Position numbers and translations under genes: made by a program
In this document: in pieces, positions 55,180 through 64,000 of the stretch
Numbering within the stretch: position 1 is the stretch's first letter
Layout of the letters: each line of letters begins with the position of its first letter
Origin: an uncultured Gammaproteobacteria bacterium
Lineage (GTDB): Bacteria > Pseudomonadota > Gammaproteobacteria > SZUA-229
Assembly (NCBI GenBank): GCA_965602855.1
Contig: CBFCZV010000002.1
Span: forward strand, 25,659-89,658
Length of the DNA: 64,000 bases
Reading direction: 5' to 3'
The notes under the pieces: generated by a model
The model's database searches: none
What the model was told of the DNA's origin: nothing
The model's input: the letters and a program-made list of their open reading frames with translations, nothing else

Positions 55180-56796
55180 TTGATCACTACAGCAAACATC
55201 ACCATGCAGTTCGGCGCCAAGCCGCTGTTCGAAAACATTTCCGTAAAATTTGGCGGTGGTAATCGCTACGGCCTGATCGGTGCCAACGGTTGCGGCAAAT
55301 CCACCTTCATAAAAATCCTCGGCGGCGATTTAGAGCCAACCGCCGGTAGCGTTTCCGTGGACATAAACCAACGCGTCGGTAAATTGCGTCAGGATCAATT
55401 CGCTTACGAAGATTTCAGCGTTATTGATACCGTGATCATGGGTCACGAAGAACTCTGGGAAGTGAAACAGGAACGCGATCGCATTTACGGTCTGCCTGAA
55501 ATGACCGAAGAGGAAGGCATGAAAGTCGCCGACCTTGAAGTGCATTTTGCCGAGATGGATGGCTACACCGCCGAATCTCGCGCCGGTGAATTGCTGCTGG
55601 GTCTGGATATTCCACTGGAGCAGCACAACGGCCCGATGAGCGCGGTTGCCCCTGGCTGGAAACTGCGCGTATTGCTGGCGCAGGCCCTGTTCTCCGATCC
55701 TGATATTCTGCTGCTCGACGAGCCGACCAATAACCTCGACATCAATACCATTCGCTGGCTGGAAGATGTTATCAACCAGCGCAAGAGCACCATGATCATC
55801 ATCTCGCATGACCGTCACTTCCTGAACAGTGTCTGTACACACATGGCTGATCTGGATTACGGCGAGCTGCGTCTGTTCCCCGGTAATTATGATGAATATA
55901 TGATCGCCGCCACGCAGACGCGCGAAAAAATGCAAAATGAAAATGCCAAGAAGAAAGTCAAAATTGCTGAACTACAGAATTTTGTCAGTCGCTTCTCAGC
56001 GAATGCGTCAAAAGCCAAGCAGGCGACTTCCCGTGCCAAACAGCTAGACAAGATTGAGCTGACCGTGATCAAGCCATCGAGTCGTGTCAATCCTTTCATT
56101 CGTTTCGAGCAGGACAAAAAACTGTTCCGCCTGGCGCTGGAAGTTGAAGGCCTTAAAAAACACTACGATGACGAACTGCCTTTATTTGAAAACCTTAACA
56201 TGATGGTTGAAGTCGGCGAACGCGTTGCTATCATCGGTCCCAACGGTATCGGTAAAACCACTTTGTTGCGTACCTTGCTCGGTGATATCGAAGCCGATGC
56301 CGGTGAAGTTAAATGGTCAGAGAATTCATTACTAGGTAGTTACGCGCAGGACCACTCCGCCGATTTTGAAACCGACCTGACCCTGTTCGACTGGATGAGC
56401 CAGTGGAAACAGCCCAGCGATGACGAGCAGGCAGTGCGTAGTGTTCTTGGTCGTTTGCTGTTCTCGCAGGATGACATTAAAAAATCCGTCAAAATTATTT
56501 CCGGTGGTGAACAGGGGCGCATGTTGTTTGGCAAATTAATGATGAGTAAACCGAACATTTTATTAATGGACGAGCCAACCAATCACCTTGATATGGAATC
56601 GATTGAATCGCTCAACCTGGCGCTGGAGAATTATGAAGGCACATTATTCTTCGTCAGTCACGACCGTGAGTTTGTCTCATCATTGGCAACGCGTGTTATC
56701 GAAATGACACCGACGGGTATAGTGAACTTCGCTGGCACTTATGAAGAATATCTGGGCAGTCAGGGTATTGAACAAATGGGTGCGAAAGCTTCCTGA
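55180..56796 (+). CDS. ABC-F family ATPase (YbiT-like)
   Basis: 538 aa; two ABC cassettes (GANGCGKST and GPNGIGKTT) with a linker; no TM domains. Confidence 0.9.
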   Translation: MITTANITMQFGAKPLFENISVKFGGGNRYGLIGANGCGKSTFIKILGGDLEPTAGSVSVDINQRVGKLRQDQFAYEDFSVIDTVIMGHEELWEVKQERDRIYGLPEMTEEEGMKVADLEVHFAEMDGYTAESRAGELLLGLDIPLEQHNGPMSAVAPGWKLRVLLAQALFSDPDILLLDEPTNNLDINTIRWLEDVINQRKSTMIIISHDRHFLNSVCTHMADLDYGELRLFPGNYDEYMIAATQTREKMQNENAKKKVKIAELQNFVSRFSANASKAKQATSRAKQLDKIELTVIKPSSRVNPFIRFEQDKKLFRLALEVEGLKKHYDDELPLFENLNMMVEVGERVAIIGPNGIGKTTLLRTLLGDIEADAGEVKWSENSLLGSYAQDHSADFETDLTLFDWMSQWKQPSDDEQAVRSVLGRLLFSQDDIKKSVKIISGGEQGRMLFGKLMMSKPNILLMDEPTNHLDMESIESLNLALENYEGTLFFVSHDREFVSSLATRVIEMTPTGIVNFAGTYEEYLGSQGIEQMGAKAS

Positions 56797-56824
56797 TAAA
56801 GGATGTTTTTAACGCAGTATAGAT

Positions 56825-57385
56825 ATGAAAAATGATCAAGCCATAATCGCTCAAACCCAGTGCTGGGTTAAGACGGTTATCATTGGCCACAACTTCTGCC
56901 CCTTCGCTAAACGCGAACTGGAACGTGAAAGCATTCGCTTCAGCGTAGACCGTTCAACAGATCTTGCATCGGCATTGCAGATGGTCATCGATGAGTGCGT
57001 TCATCTCGATAATAACGATGCAACTGAAACCACGCTGTTAATCTTTACAGAAGCTTTTGAAAGTTTTGACGATTATCTGGAACTGGTCGAGTTGGCTCAG
57101 GAATTATTAGCCGATCAGGATTACGAAGGTACTTATCAGCTCGCCAGTTTTCATCCGCAATATTGCTTCGCTGACGCAGATCAGAATGATGCCGCCAACT
57201 ACACCAATCGTTCACCTTATCCCATGCTGCATTTAATTCGAGAAGCCAGTCTGGCGCAGGCATTAGAAAGTTATCCTGAGTCAGAGAAAATCCCTAAGCG
57301 TAATGTTGAATATGCAAGAGAGCTTGGTCTGGAAGAAATGAAGCGACAGCTTGATGCCTGTTGTAAGCTCGGTAAGCATGAATGA
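56825..57385 (+). CDS. DUF1415-family protein
   Basis: 186 aa; N-terminal CWVKTVIIGHNFCPFA motif as I recall it for this family. Confidence 0.5.
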   Translation: MKNDQAIIAQTQCWVKTVIIGHNFCPFAKRELERESIRFSVDRSTDLASALQMVIDECVHLDNNDATETTLLIFTEAFESFDDYLELVELAQELLADQDYEGTYQLASFHPQYCFADADQNDAANYTNRSPYPMLHLIREASLAQALESYPESEKIPKRNVEYARELGLEEMKRQLDACCKLGKHE

Positions 57386-58184
57386 GCTAATAATATCCGA
57401 ACTCGCTATCTACCCCGTAAAATCCATGCGGCAGATTCAGCTAAAAAAATCATCGCTGCAATTCGGTGGTTTAAAACATGATCGCCGCTGGATGGTAATC
57501 GACACCGATGGTGTCATGATTACCCAGCGAGAAAAATCCCGCCTGTGTTTAATCCAGCCTGAATTATTAAATCCGAAGCACGACTGCAGTTTAAAGCTAA
57601 CAGCAGAAAACATGCCGGATATAAATATTAGCATTCCCGTCGGCGAGAAAACTTGCAAAGCCAAAGTCTGGGAAGATGAATGTAATGCCTACGATGCTGG
57701 CGATAAAATCGCTAGTTGGTTAAGCCAGTTTCTTGATATGGAATGCCGTCTGGTTTATTTTCCTGAAAATGAAGTCAGAGTTGTCGATCAGAATTATGCG
57801 ATGCCTAATGATCAAACCGCATTCAGCGACGGCTTCCCAATTTTATTAACCTCACAAGCCTCACTGGACGATTTGAATTCCCGCATGGATGAAAATGTCC
57901 CCATGGCGCGTTTCCGCCCTAATGTGGTGGTCAGTGGCTGTGAAGCCTTTGCCGAAGATGACTGGCAGCAACTAACAGTCGGCAAGATTACTTTGCGAAT
58001 TGTAAAATCCTGTAGTCGCTGTATCATTCCCAATATTGATGTTGATAGCGCAGAGCGTTGTAAAGATCCAGTGAAAACGCTGGCTACGTTTCGTAAATGC
58101 AATAACGAAATATTTTTTGGGCAGAACGTGGTTGCTGATGGGCAAGGGGAAATTGAAGTAGGCATGGAAGTTGTTGTTAGATAA
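57378..58184 (+). CDS. MOSC domain protein (YcbX-like)
   Basis: N-terminal beta-barrel LAIYPVKS; C-terminal MOSC with conserved Cys (SCSRC). Start is placed at ATG 57378 with an 8-nt overlap; the ORF track shows 57351. Confidence 0.8.
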   Translation: MNELIISELAIYPVKSMRQIQLKKSSLQFGGLKHDRRWMVIDTDGVMITQREKSRLCLIQPELLNPKHDCSLKLTAENMPDINISIPVGEKTCKAKVWEDECNAYDAGDKIASWLSQFLDMECRLVYFPENEVRVVDQNYAMPNDQTAFSDGFPILLTSQASLDDLNSRMDENVPMARFRPNVVVSGCEAFAEDDWQQLTVGKITLRIVKSCSRCIIPNIDVDSAERCKDPVKTLATFRKCNNEIFFGQNVVADGQGEIEVGMEVVVR

Positions 58185-58220
58185 TCACCGGCACTCTGAA
58201 TAAATTGATATATTGTCTTT

Positions 58221-59306
58221 ATGAAAAAACACACATCACTATCTAAATCTTCTTTATCGGCCGCAATCCTCTATTGCTGTTTTTTGCCTTATGCACATGC
58301 GGTGCAGGTCATTAGTGAGAAAATTATTTTTCTCAATGATGATGGTAAGGCTTACGTCCGTTATGACACCACAAGAACCAGCAGCCCCAGCTATGAAATC
58401 TGGTTTAAAAAAGAAAATAGCTTAAATCCTGAGCAATACCTCAAAGACTATTTATATATTTATCCCGATGATTATAAATGGGATATCTCTTCGCAGACTG
58501 ATTACGATTTGATGAAAATCGACTCTGGTAGTTATGCAACGCTGATACAGGGCGAACTTCAAAATAAAACGGAAATAAATATCGGCAAAGATGGCGTCTA
58601 CACCTACAGCAATTGGGATGGGAAAACCCGAATGGCTGATAATCACTATGGCATCTGGAATAAACCCGATGAGTTCACGCAGTTGGTCTATGCATGGGTG
58701 TTCCCACAGAACTTTAATATTATTAGTTACGAATCGAACCGAAAAGGCAAATGGGTTAAGCGTAATAACACGGTTACTTATTATGGTGAAAATGTAAACG
58801 ATTTGGTCTTTACCATTAAATACCAGCCGCGCACTAATTCTATGTATAAAGAATTGCTTGAAGCGATAGATGAAAAAGATCAGGAAAAGGAGCAGATTCA
58901 GCTGCAGCAGGACAGCAGAGGTGTGAAAATAACGCTGGCAGCAACCGTGTTATTTTCATCTGGTAGCAGTGATCTTAGTGATAGAGGCGCAGTTATTCTA
59001 CGTCGATTGTCTGATGCGCTGTCCAGGCAGGATGATATTAATATTGTTATCGAAGGTCATACCGATAATGTATCTATTAAAGGTGAGCTGGCTAAAAAAT
59101 ATAAAACAAACTGGGAGCTGTCCTCAGCGAGATCGTTAACGGTGTTGCATTATATGGCTGACAATAATGTGCTTGAGTCTCATCTTGAATCACGTGCTCT
59201 TGGTTCGTTGAAGCCTATTGCTTCCAATAATACCCAGAAAGGCCGGTCGAAAAATCGTCGTATTGAGATTTTGATTGTCGGAGTAAAGAATAAACTCTAT
59301 GAATAA
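58221..59306 (+). CDS. OmpA/MotB-domain protein with an unknown N-terminal domain
   Basis: 361 aa; signal peptide; C-terminal OmpA-like peptidoglycan-binding domain (TDxxGxxxYNxxLSxxRA-like: NWELSSARS). Confidence 0.75.
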   Translation: MKKHTSLSKSSLSAAILYCCFLPYAHAVQVISEKIIFLNDDGKAYVRYDTTRTSSPSYEIWFKKENSLNPEQYLKDYLYIYPDDYKWDISSQTDYDLMKIDSGSYATLIQGELQNKTEINIGKDGVYTYSNWDGKTRMADNHYGIWNKPDEFTQLVYAWVFPQNFNIISYESNRKGKWVKRNNTVTYYGENVNDLVFTIKYQPRTNSMYKELLEAIDEKDQEKEQIQLQQDSRGVKITLAATVLFSSGSSDLSDRGAVILRRLSDALSRQDDINIVIEGHTDNVSIKGELAKKYKTNWELSSARSLTVLHYMADNNVLESHLESRALGSLKPIASNNTQKGRSKNRRIEILIVGVKNKLYE

Positions 59307-59610
59307 TATATTTGATTCAATTCCAGAGAATCTCGACAAAGAATTTTTTGAAAATATCATTGAAAGCAAAAATGTGCGAATCGAGCGTATAGTCTCCAAG
59401 GGCCATGCTTCACCCGATTCGGGCTGGTACGATCAGGATCAGAATGAGTGGGTGATTGTTGTTAAAGGAGAGGCGGTCATTGCTTTTGAAAAAGATGAAC
59501 AGGTTCGGCTCAAAGAAGGTGACCATATTAATATTCCAGCTCACAAAAAACACACGGTTGCATGGACTGATCCGGAAGTTGAAACGATATGGCTGGCTGT
59601 GTTCTATTAA
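59299..59610 (+). CDS. cupin-domain protein
   Basis: 103 aa; small beta-barrel; overlaps the upstream stop. Confidence 0.55.
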   Translation: MNNIFDSIPENLDKEFFENIIESKNVRIERIVSKGHASPDSGWYDQDQNEWVIVVKGEAVIAFEKDEQVRLKEGDHINIPAHKKHTVAWTDPEVETIWLAVFY

Positions 59611-59729
59611 AAACCGTGCCTAGCCTACTTGGCTGTCACAATAAATAGCTGTTAATCACTAAGTTTGTTGTTTCATCATTCTTCTGTTCTCGGTATATTC
59701 ACCGCAAGATTTTTATTTCGGGAAACCGC

Positions 59730-60830
59730 GTGTTTATAACTATCATCCTTCTTATTGTCAGTCTGATGCACGGCTATCTGTTCTGGCGTATTGCTTCACT
59801 GCCATGGTTTGCTGTTCCGTTACGACGTAAACAACTCTGGATTGTGGCCTTGTTTATCTGGGTGCTGTTTCTGGTGGGTAGTGTGCTGGGTCACGAAAGC
59901 CAGGCCGTGTTTGTCAGTGTGCTGGAGCGACTGGCGATGGACTGGCTGGGCATGTTGTTTATTGCGGCTACTGTGATGCTGGCTGTTGATTTGCTAACGG
60001 GTTTTGGTTTTTTGGTAAAACATTATCTGATGTGGTTTCGAAGTGCAGGCCTGTTGCTTGCGGGTGTTTTAATTATGCTGGCCATGGTGCAGGGTCTGCG
60101 GTCGCCAGTGGTGGTGAGACATGATGTGATGTTGCCTGAATTGCCGAAAGCGCTAGATGGTATGACCATCGTGGCGCTGTCTGATCTGCATCTCGGTTCA
60201 CAGCTAGGGGCTGACTGGCTGGCAGAGCGGGTGGCACAGGTGCAGGTTTTGCAGCCGGATATCATTGTGTTGTTGGGTGATAATTTTGAGGGCCACGGTG
60301 AGCCTGATTCCGCTTTGCTGCCCGTGTTATCAGAGTTTAAAGCTCCGCTGGGTGTTTATGCCGTGACCGGTAATCATGAGCATTTTAGCGACACGCTTTC
60401 TGCTATTGATCTGACCGAACGTGCAGGCATTCAGTGGTTACGTGATCGTTGCTTGCAGATACACCCCGGCCTGATTCTGGTTGGTGTGGATGATCTGACT
60501 ATGCATCTAAGAAATGGGCAGCAGCAGGATTTTATAACGCCTGTACTCGCTGGATGTCCGGAAGGAGCTACGGTGTTATTTTCTCATTCGCCCCTGCAGG
60601 TTGCACAGGCGGCAGGGGCAGGCGCCGATTTGATGTTGTCCGGGCATACGCACGGTGGCCAGATCTGGCCTTTTGGCTATCTGGTGGAGCAGGTCTATCC
60701 ATATTTGATTGGTCGCCATGAGATTGATGGCATGAGCCTTATTATTAGCCGAGGTGCGGGACTGTGGGGGCCTCGAATGAGGTTGTGGCATCCGGCCGAG
60801 ATTATTCTTATTAAACTGCAAAGCAGATAA
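59730..60830 (+). CDS. membrane-anchored metallophosphoesterase
   Basis: 366 aa; ~4 N-terminal TM helices, then calcineurin-like LSDLHLG...GDNFE...GNHE...GHTH motifs. Confidence 0.8.
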   Translation: MFITIILLIVSLMHGYLFWRIASLPWFAVPLRRKQLWIVALFIWVLFLVGSVLGHESQAVFVSVLERLAMDWLGMLFIAATVMLAVDLLTGFGFLVKHYLMWFRSAGLLLAGVLIMLAMVQGLRSPVVVRHDVMLPELPKALDGMTIVALSDLHLGSQLGADWLAERVAQVQVLQPDIIVLLGDNFEGHGEPDSALLPVLSEFKAPLGVYAVTGNHEHFSDTLSAIDLTERAGIQWLRDRCLQIHPGLILVGVDDLTMHLRNGQQQDFITPVLAGCPEGATVLFSHSPLQVAQAAGAGADLMLSGHTHGGQIWPFGYLVEQVYPYLIGRHEIDGMSLIISRGAGLWGPRMRLWHPAEIILIKLQSR

Positions 60831-60856
60831 AATCATACGAGGACTAAGGAGATTTT

Positions 60857-60931
60857 ATGAGTGCAGAGGCTTGTAACGTACTGAATTGTAGTGATCTGAG
60901 TAGATGCTCATTCCTGAAAATCTATTCTTAG
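60857..60931 (+). CDS. possible Cys-containing 24-aa peptide
   Basis: MSAEACNVLNCSDLSRCSFLKIYS; strong SD TAAGGAG 5 nt upstream; could also be a chance ORF. Confidence 0.2.
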   Translation: MSAEACNVLNCSDLSRCSFLKIYS

Positions 60932-60968
60932 TGTATTATCTGCGCATTCGAATTTTGTAGAAGATAGT

Positions 60969-61988
60969 TTGTATTATTTATTGGGAGATATAAGGGTGAT
61001 TGATTTATTTAGCTTGGTCACAAACAGGTCGTATTTAAAAGGATTGAATGCCTTATTGCTTACTTTTGTACTAATTTCGTGTAGTGATGCTGATGGTGAT
61101 CCTGAGGATATTGTTGGTGTGGCTGCAGCAGGTGAGGCAACGCAAGGAACGGTATATGTTATTGATGCAGAGGGTGTCGAACTTAGTAAACCTCTTAATG
61201 CTGATGGTTATTTTCGATTTGATGTTCGAGGAATGACGGCACCCTTTATGCTGAAATCTGTGGATAGCAATGGGATTGATATTGATTTATTTTCTTATGC
61301 ATTAGAAGCGAACCTAACAGCAAATATAACACCACTAACAAACCTGACTCTGTATATGGCAACCGGCGAGCCTAACCCAAGTGTTTTGTACGATAGCTGG
61401 GCAAGCTCTTTCGTTAATGTAGATGATGCTGATATTAAAAATGCACAGGCTGTGGTGAATGCGAATCTGAGCTTGCAGTACACGGCTTTTAGTTTAGACC
61501 CGCTAACGTATGATTTTTTTGCATCTATTTTTTACACTGATGGTACTAGTTTTGATGGTCTATTAGATGTATTGACTGTGGATCTATTGCCTGTCATTGA
61601 TATTTCTGTAATGGGTATTGCTGATCTACCTGCATTTGATCCTAATGTTGATGTTGCTGGTTTTGATATTGGTGGAGAGAGTGTTGTTGAAATAGGTGCT
61701 TATTCACTGAGTTTAGAAGTTACGGTAGATGGTGAATATTTAAATGCACTGGTGCTTTCCGTTAATTGGCCAGCTGATTCAGTGCCTGTTGTTGGAGGAG
61801 ACACGCAAGTCATTGAAGAAATGTTTATTACTTATCATGCTGTAGTTGGTGATATTGTTATTAATTCTGTGAGCGTAACAGTTGATGAATGGATGCAAAC
61901 GACTGTAGTAGTTGATTCAATAATATCTACTACAGATTATGGTGATTTGAATTATGTTGGTTATTATGTTTTTGTAGAAAATATATAG
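60969..61988 (+). CDS. hypothetical lipoprotein (AT-rich)
   Basis: 339 aa; lipobox LISCS; acidic D/V/T-rich beta-rich sequence; low GC. Confidence 0.5.
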   Translation: MYYLLGDIRVIDLFSLVTNRSYLKGLNALLLTFVLISCSDADGDPEDIVGVAAAGEATQGTVYVIDAEGVELSKPLNADGYFRFDVRGMTAPFMLKSVDSNGIDIDLFSYALEANLTANITPLTNLTLYMATGEPNPSVLYDSWASSFVNVDDADIKNAQAVVNANLSLQYTAFSLDPLTYDFFASIFYTDGTSFDGLLDVLTVDLLPVIDISVMGIADLPAFDPNVDVAGFDIGGESVVEIGAYSLSLEVTVDGEYLNALVLSVNWPADSVPVVGGDTQVIEEMFITYHAVVGDIVINSVSVTVDEWMQTTVVVDSIISTTDYGDLNYVGYYVFVENI

Positions 61989-62046
61989 TTAACCTCATAA
62001 AACAAAAAAAAGCCGCATTAATGGGGGTTTTTTGTTTTAAATTTTC

Positions 62047-62685
62047 TTATTGTGTTTGAAAAAGCATTCCCCAGTTCCAGACTTTTATCGGTTCTTTGTT
62101 GGACAGTGCATAGTGTGTCACCTGCATATCAGGCAGGCTGAGTATTGAACAGTTGTGGTTGAAAACCGTGCTGCCGGGGTTCACCAATAGAATGTCACCT
62201 AGTTGCTCGCAAAGAATTTGATGCGTGTGTCCAGCGATTAAAATATCGGCATTTAAATCTTTTAATTCATTAGCCCAGAGCTCTTTCCTGTCCTGATAAA
62301 CCTCGCCTTCAGGGTCGAGTAATTTAATGCCGCCGTGTTCCAGATCGGGAGGGCTGGCGTGAACCACGTAAATACGTTTGCCTTCTATCTCCAGTTCAAG
62401 ATGAGACGGTAGGCTATCAAAAAAAGAGATGACCCGGTCTTTGTTTTCACTGGCGTATTCAGCTGACCAGTGATCATGGTTGCCGGATATCGTCAGGCAG
62501 TCGTGCTCTTCAAGAATATCGATTAAAGGCGCAACATCGTGCAGTATTTTTTTTTCGCCATAGCCTGCAATATCGCCCGCACAGATGATGGTATCAACCC
62601 GTTCGCGTTTGAAAATTTCCAGCGCCTCTTGAAGCGGTGCTAGCGTTGAATGGGTGTCACTGATGAGGCCAATTTTCGTGGGCAT
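62047..62685 (-). CDS. metallophosphoesterase (YfcE-like)
   Basis: 212 aa; DTH...GDIAG...GNHD...GHTH. Confidence 0.8.
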   Translation of the reverse strand: MPTKIGLISDTHSTLAPLQEALEIFKRERVDTIICAGDIAGYGEKKILHDVAPLIDILEEHDCLTISGNHDHWSAEYASENKDRVISFFDSLPSHLELEIEGKRIYVVHASPPDLEHGGIKLLDPEGEVYQDRKELWANELKDLNADILIAGHTHQILCEQLGDILLVNPGSTVFNHNCSILSLPDMQVTHYALSNKEPIKVWNWGMLFQTQ

Positions 62686-62690
62686 GACTT

Positions 62691-63425
62691 TTATATATTG
62701 AGCGATCTGCCGCCGTCTACCGGGACAATATGTCCGGTGATGTAATCGGCATCACGTACCAGAAATAAAATAGCTTTGGCGATGTCTTTGGGTTCACCGT
62801 GGCGTTTCAGTGCGGTGCGTTCGATGATGTGCTGTTTGGTAGTTTCGCTGATGTCGTTGTCCGGCCACAAAATGGCACCGGGGCCGATACCGTTGACGCG
62901 AATTTCCGGCCCCAGATCTTTGGCTAGTGATTGTGTGAGCATGGCAAGTCCAGCTTTGGCCGCGCAATAAACAGGGTGTTCTTTCATTGGGCGGAAGGCG
63001 TGGATATCTACCATATTGATGATGCAGCCACGGGTTTCCTTCAAAAATGGCGTGGCGGCCTGCGACAAAAAAAGCGGTGCCTTGAGGTTGCTGTTCATTA
63101 GATTATGCCAGTGGCCGAGCGTGATGCTGCCAACCGGTGTCGGGAAAAAACTGGAGGCGTTGTTCACCAGTACATCCAGATGCCCCCAGATTTCAATGGT
63201 ATCTTCTATCAGTCTGCCGTAAGTATGGTCATCATCCAGGTCAGCCTGCACCACCGAGGCTGAATTATCGCGTATAAGGTTGAGTTCCGCACTCAGCTCA
63301 TCGGCTTCCTGTTGTGAGGATCGATAATGAATTGCGATGTTCATGCCCGCTGTGTGCAGGGTACGTGCCGTTTCTGCACCAATGCGCTTAGCGCCGCCGG
63401 TGATCAGGGCAACTTTTTCATTCAT
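62691..63425 (-). CDS. SDR-family pteridine reductase (FolM-like)
   Basis: TGGAKRIG Rossmann motif; YxxxK catalytic pair. The likely start is MNEKVALITGG (ATG 63423-63425); the ORF track extends to a GTG at 63452. Confidence 0.75.
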   Translation of the reverse strand: MNEKVALITGGAKRIGAETARTLHTAGMNIAIHYRSSQQEADELSAELNLIRDNSASVVQADLDDDHTYGRLIEDTIEIWGHLDVLVNNASSFFPTPVGSITLGHWHNLMNSNLKAPLFLSQAATPFLKETRGCIINMVDIHAFRPMKEHPVYCAAKAGLAMLTQSLAKDLGPEIRVNGIGPGAILWPDNDISETTKQHIIERTALKRHGEPKDIAKAILFLVRDADYITGHIVPVDGGRSLNI

Positions 63426-63497
63426 AGTGCTATCTGGGGTAGAATCCATCACTGCTTCTCCAACATGAATTTAGATCTTAATAATCGCATATAACGC

Positions 63498-64000
63498 ATG
63501 AATGAACCACACTCCAGAACGCAATCTGTCGATGTATTGCCCGAGCCGGACGCTGCTGCCAAAAATGTGAGTCTGGCATTGTGTGTGCAGATTGAGCAGC
63601 AGTGTGATCACTCGAAGGGCTGGCTTCCATTCAGCGAGTTCATGCAAATGGCGCTGTATGCGCCGGGGCTGGGCTATTACAGCGGTGATCTGAGAAAGTT
63701 TGGCGCTGAAGGCGACTTCATCACCGCACCTGAAGTCTCGCCGCTGTTTGCCCAGTGTATTGCGCGGCAGATGATGAATGTGCTGGCCGCCATGGATGAA
63801 CCCAGGGTACTGGAATTCGGTGCCGGTTCCGGAGTCATGGCGGCGGATATGCTGCTGGAGCTTGAACGGCTCAATGCCTTGCCCGAGCAATATCTCATTC
63901 TTGAACTCAGTGCCAGTTTGGAGCAGCGCCAGCAGGAAACCATAAAGAATAAGGCTTCGCATTTATTTGACCGCGTTGTCTGGCTGGATGCTTTGCCCGA
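63498..64000 (+). CDS. SAM-dependent methyltransferase, MidA/DUF185 family (3' end outside window)
   Basis: Plus-strand translation MNEPHSRTQS...LGYYSGDLRKFGAEGDFITAPEVSPLFAQCIARQ...EFGAGSG matches the DUF185 N-terminal region; open to the window edge. Confidence 0.65.
   Translation, partial: MNEPHSRTQSVDVLPEPDAAAKNVSLALCVQIEQQCDHSKGWLPFSEFMQMALYAPGLGYYSGDLRKFGAEGDFITAPEVSPLFAQCIARQMMNVLAAMDEPRVLEFGAGSGVMAADMLLELERLNALPEQYLILELSASLEQRQQETIKNKASHLFDRVVWLDALP

Noticed and set aside
62000-62040. A-run/GC/T-run element after the lipoprotein gene as a bidirectional terminator
   Set aside because: The GC segment (GCCGCATTAATGGGGG) is not self-complementary, so there is no stable stem. It is left unannotated.
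63471-63962. 163-aa minus-strand ORF
   Set aside because: It is antisense to the plus-strand DUF185/MidA-type methyltransferase frame (63498 onward), which carries clear family motifs.

Overview
This 64 kb window is gammaproteobacterial chromosome on both strands, about 45% GC. The gene order dprA–LysM protein–def–fmt–rsmB–trkA–trkH and hisBHAFIE–tatABC resembles Pseudomonas and Thiotrichales. Most of it is conserved housekeeping genes: bioF and bioB; ubiA; aroE, hemB, hemF, tsaC and topA; smg and dprA; def, fmt, rsmB, trkA and trkH; an lpxL-family gene and ttcA; dtd, hisBHAFIE and tatABC; gpmI, srkA and an ABC-F ATPase. Interspersed among these are several accessory or poorly characterised modules.

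Modules worth attention, in order of my interest:
- The 320 bp ttcA/dtd intergenic region reads on the minus strand as a candidate Csr/Rsm-family RNA. It has 11 GGA motifs in about 190 nt, a minus-oriented intrinsic terminator, and an 18-bp inverted repeat resembling a GacA/UvrY-type upstream activating sequence about 66 bp upstream of a -10-like hexamer.
- The ubiA gene carries a roughly 350-codon 5' extension made of six or more in-frame 87-bp tandem repeats (29-residue basic amphipathic units).
- A DUF1538 double-repeat membrane protein is translationally coupled to two PII-like genes.
- A TlpA-like thioredoxin, DUF4266 lipoprotein, DUF3570 protein and ApbE cluster lies divergent from a sensor kinase/OmpR-family pair, with a CTTAAG-N5-CTTAAA direct repeat in the shared promoter region.
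- An AT-rich islet at 15.7–19.1 kb holds a hypothetical protein, a 52-codon basic ORF, a higBA pair whose toxin is interrupted by an in-frame TAG, and an HNH endonuclease.
- A GCS2-type carboxylate-amine ligase is coupled to an AstE/AspA-type deacylase.

I found no CRISPR array, rRNA, tRNA or transposase. Every family assignment rests on motif recognition by eye and no database searches were run.
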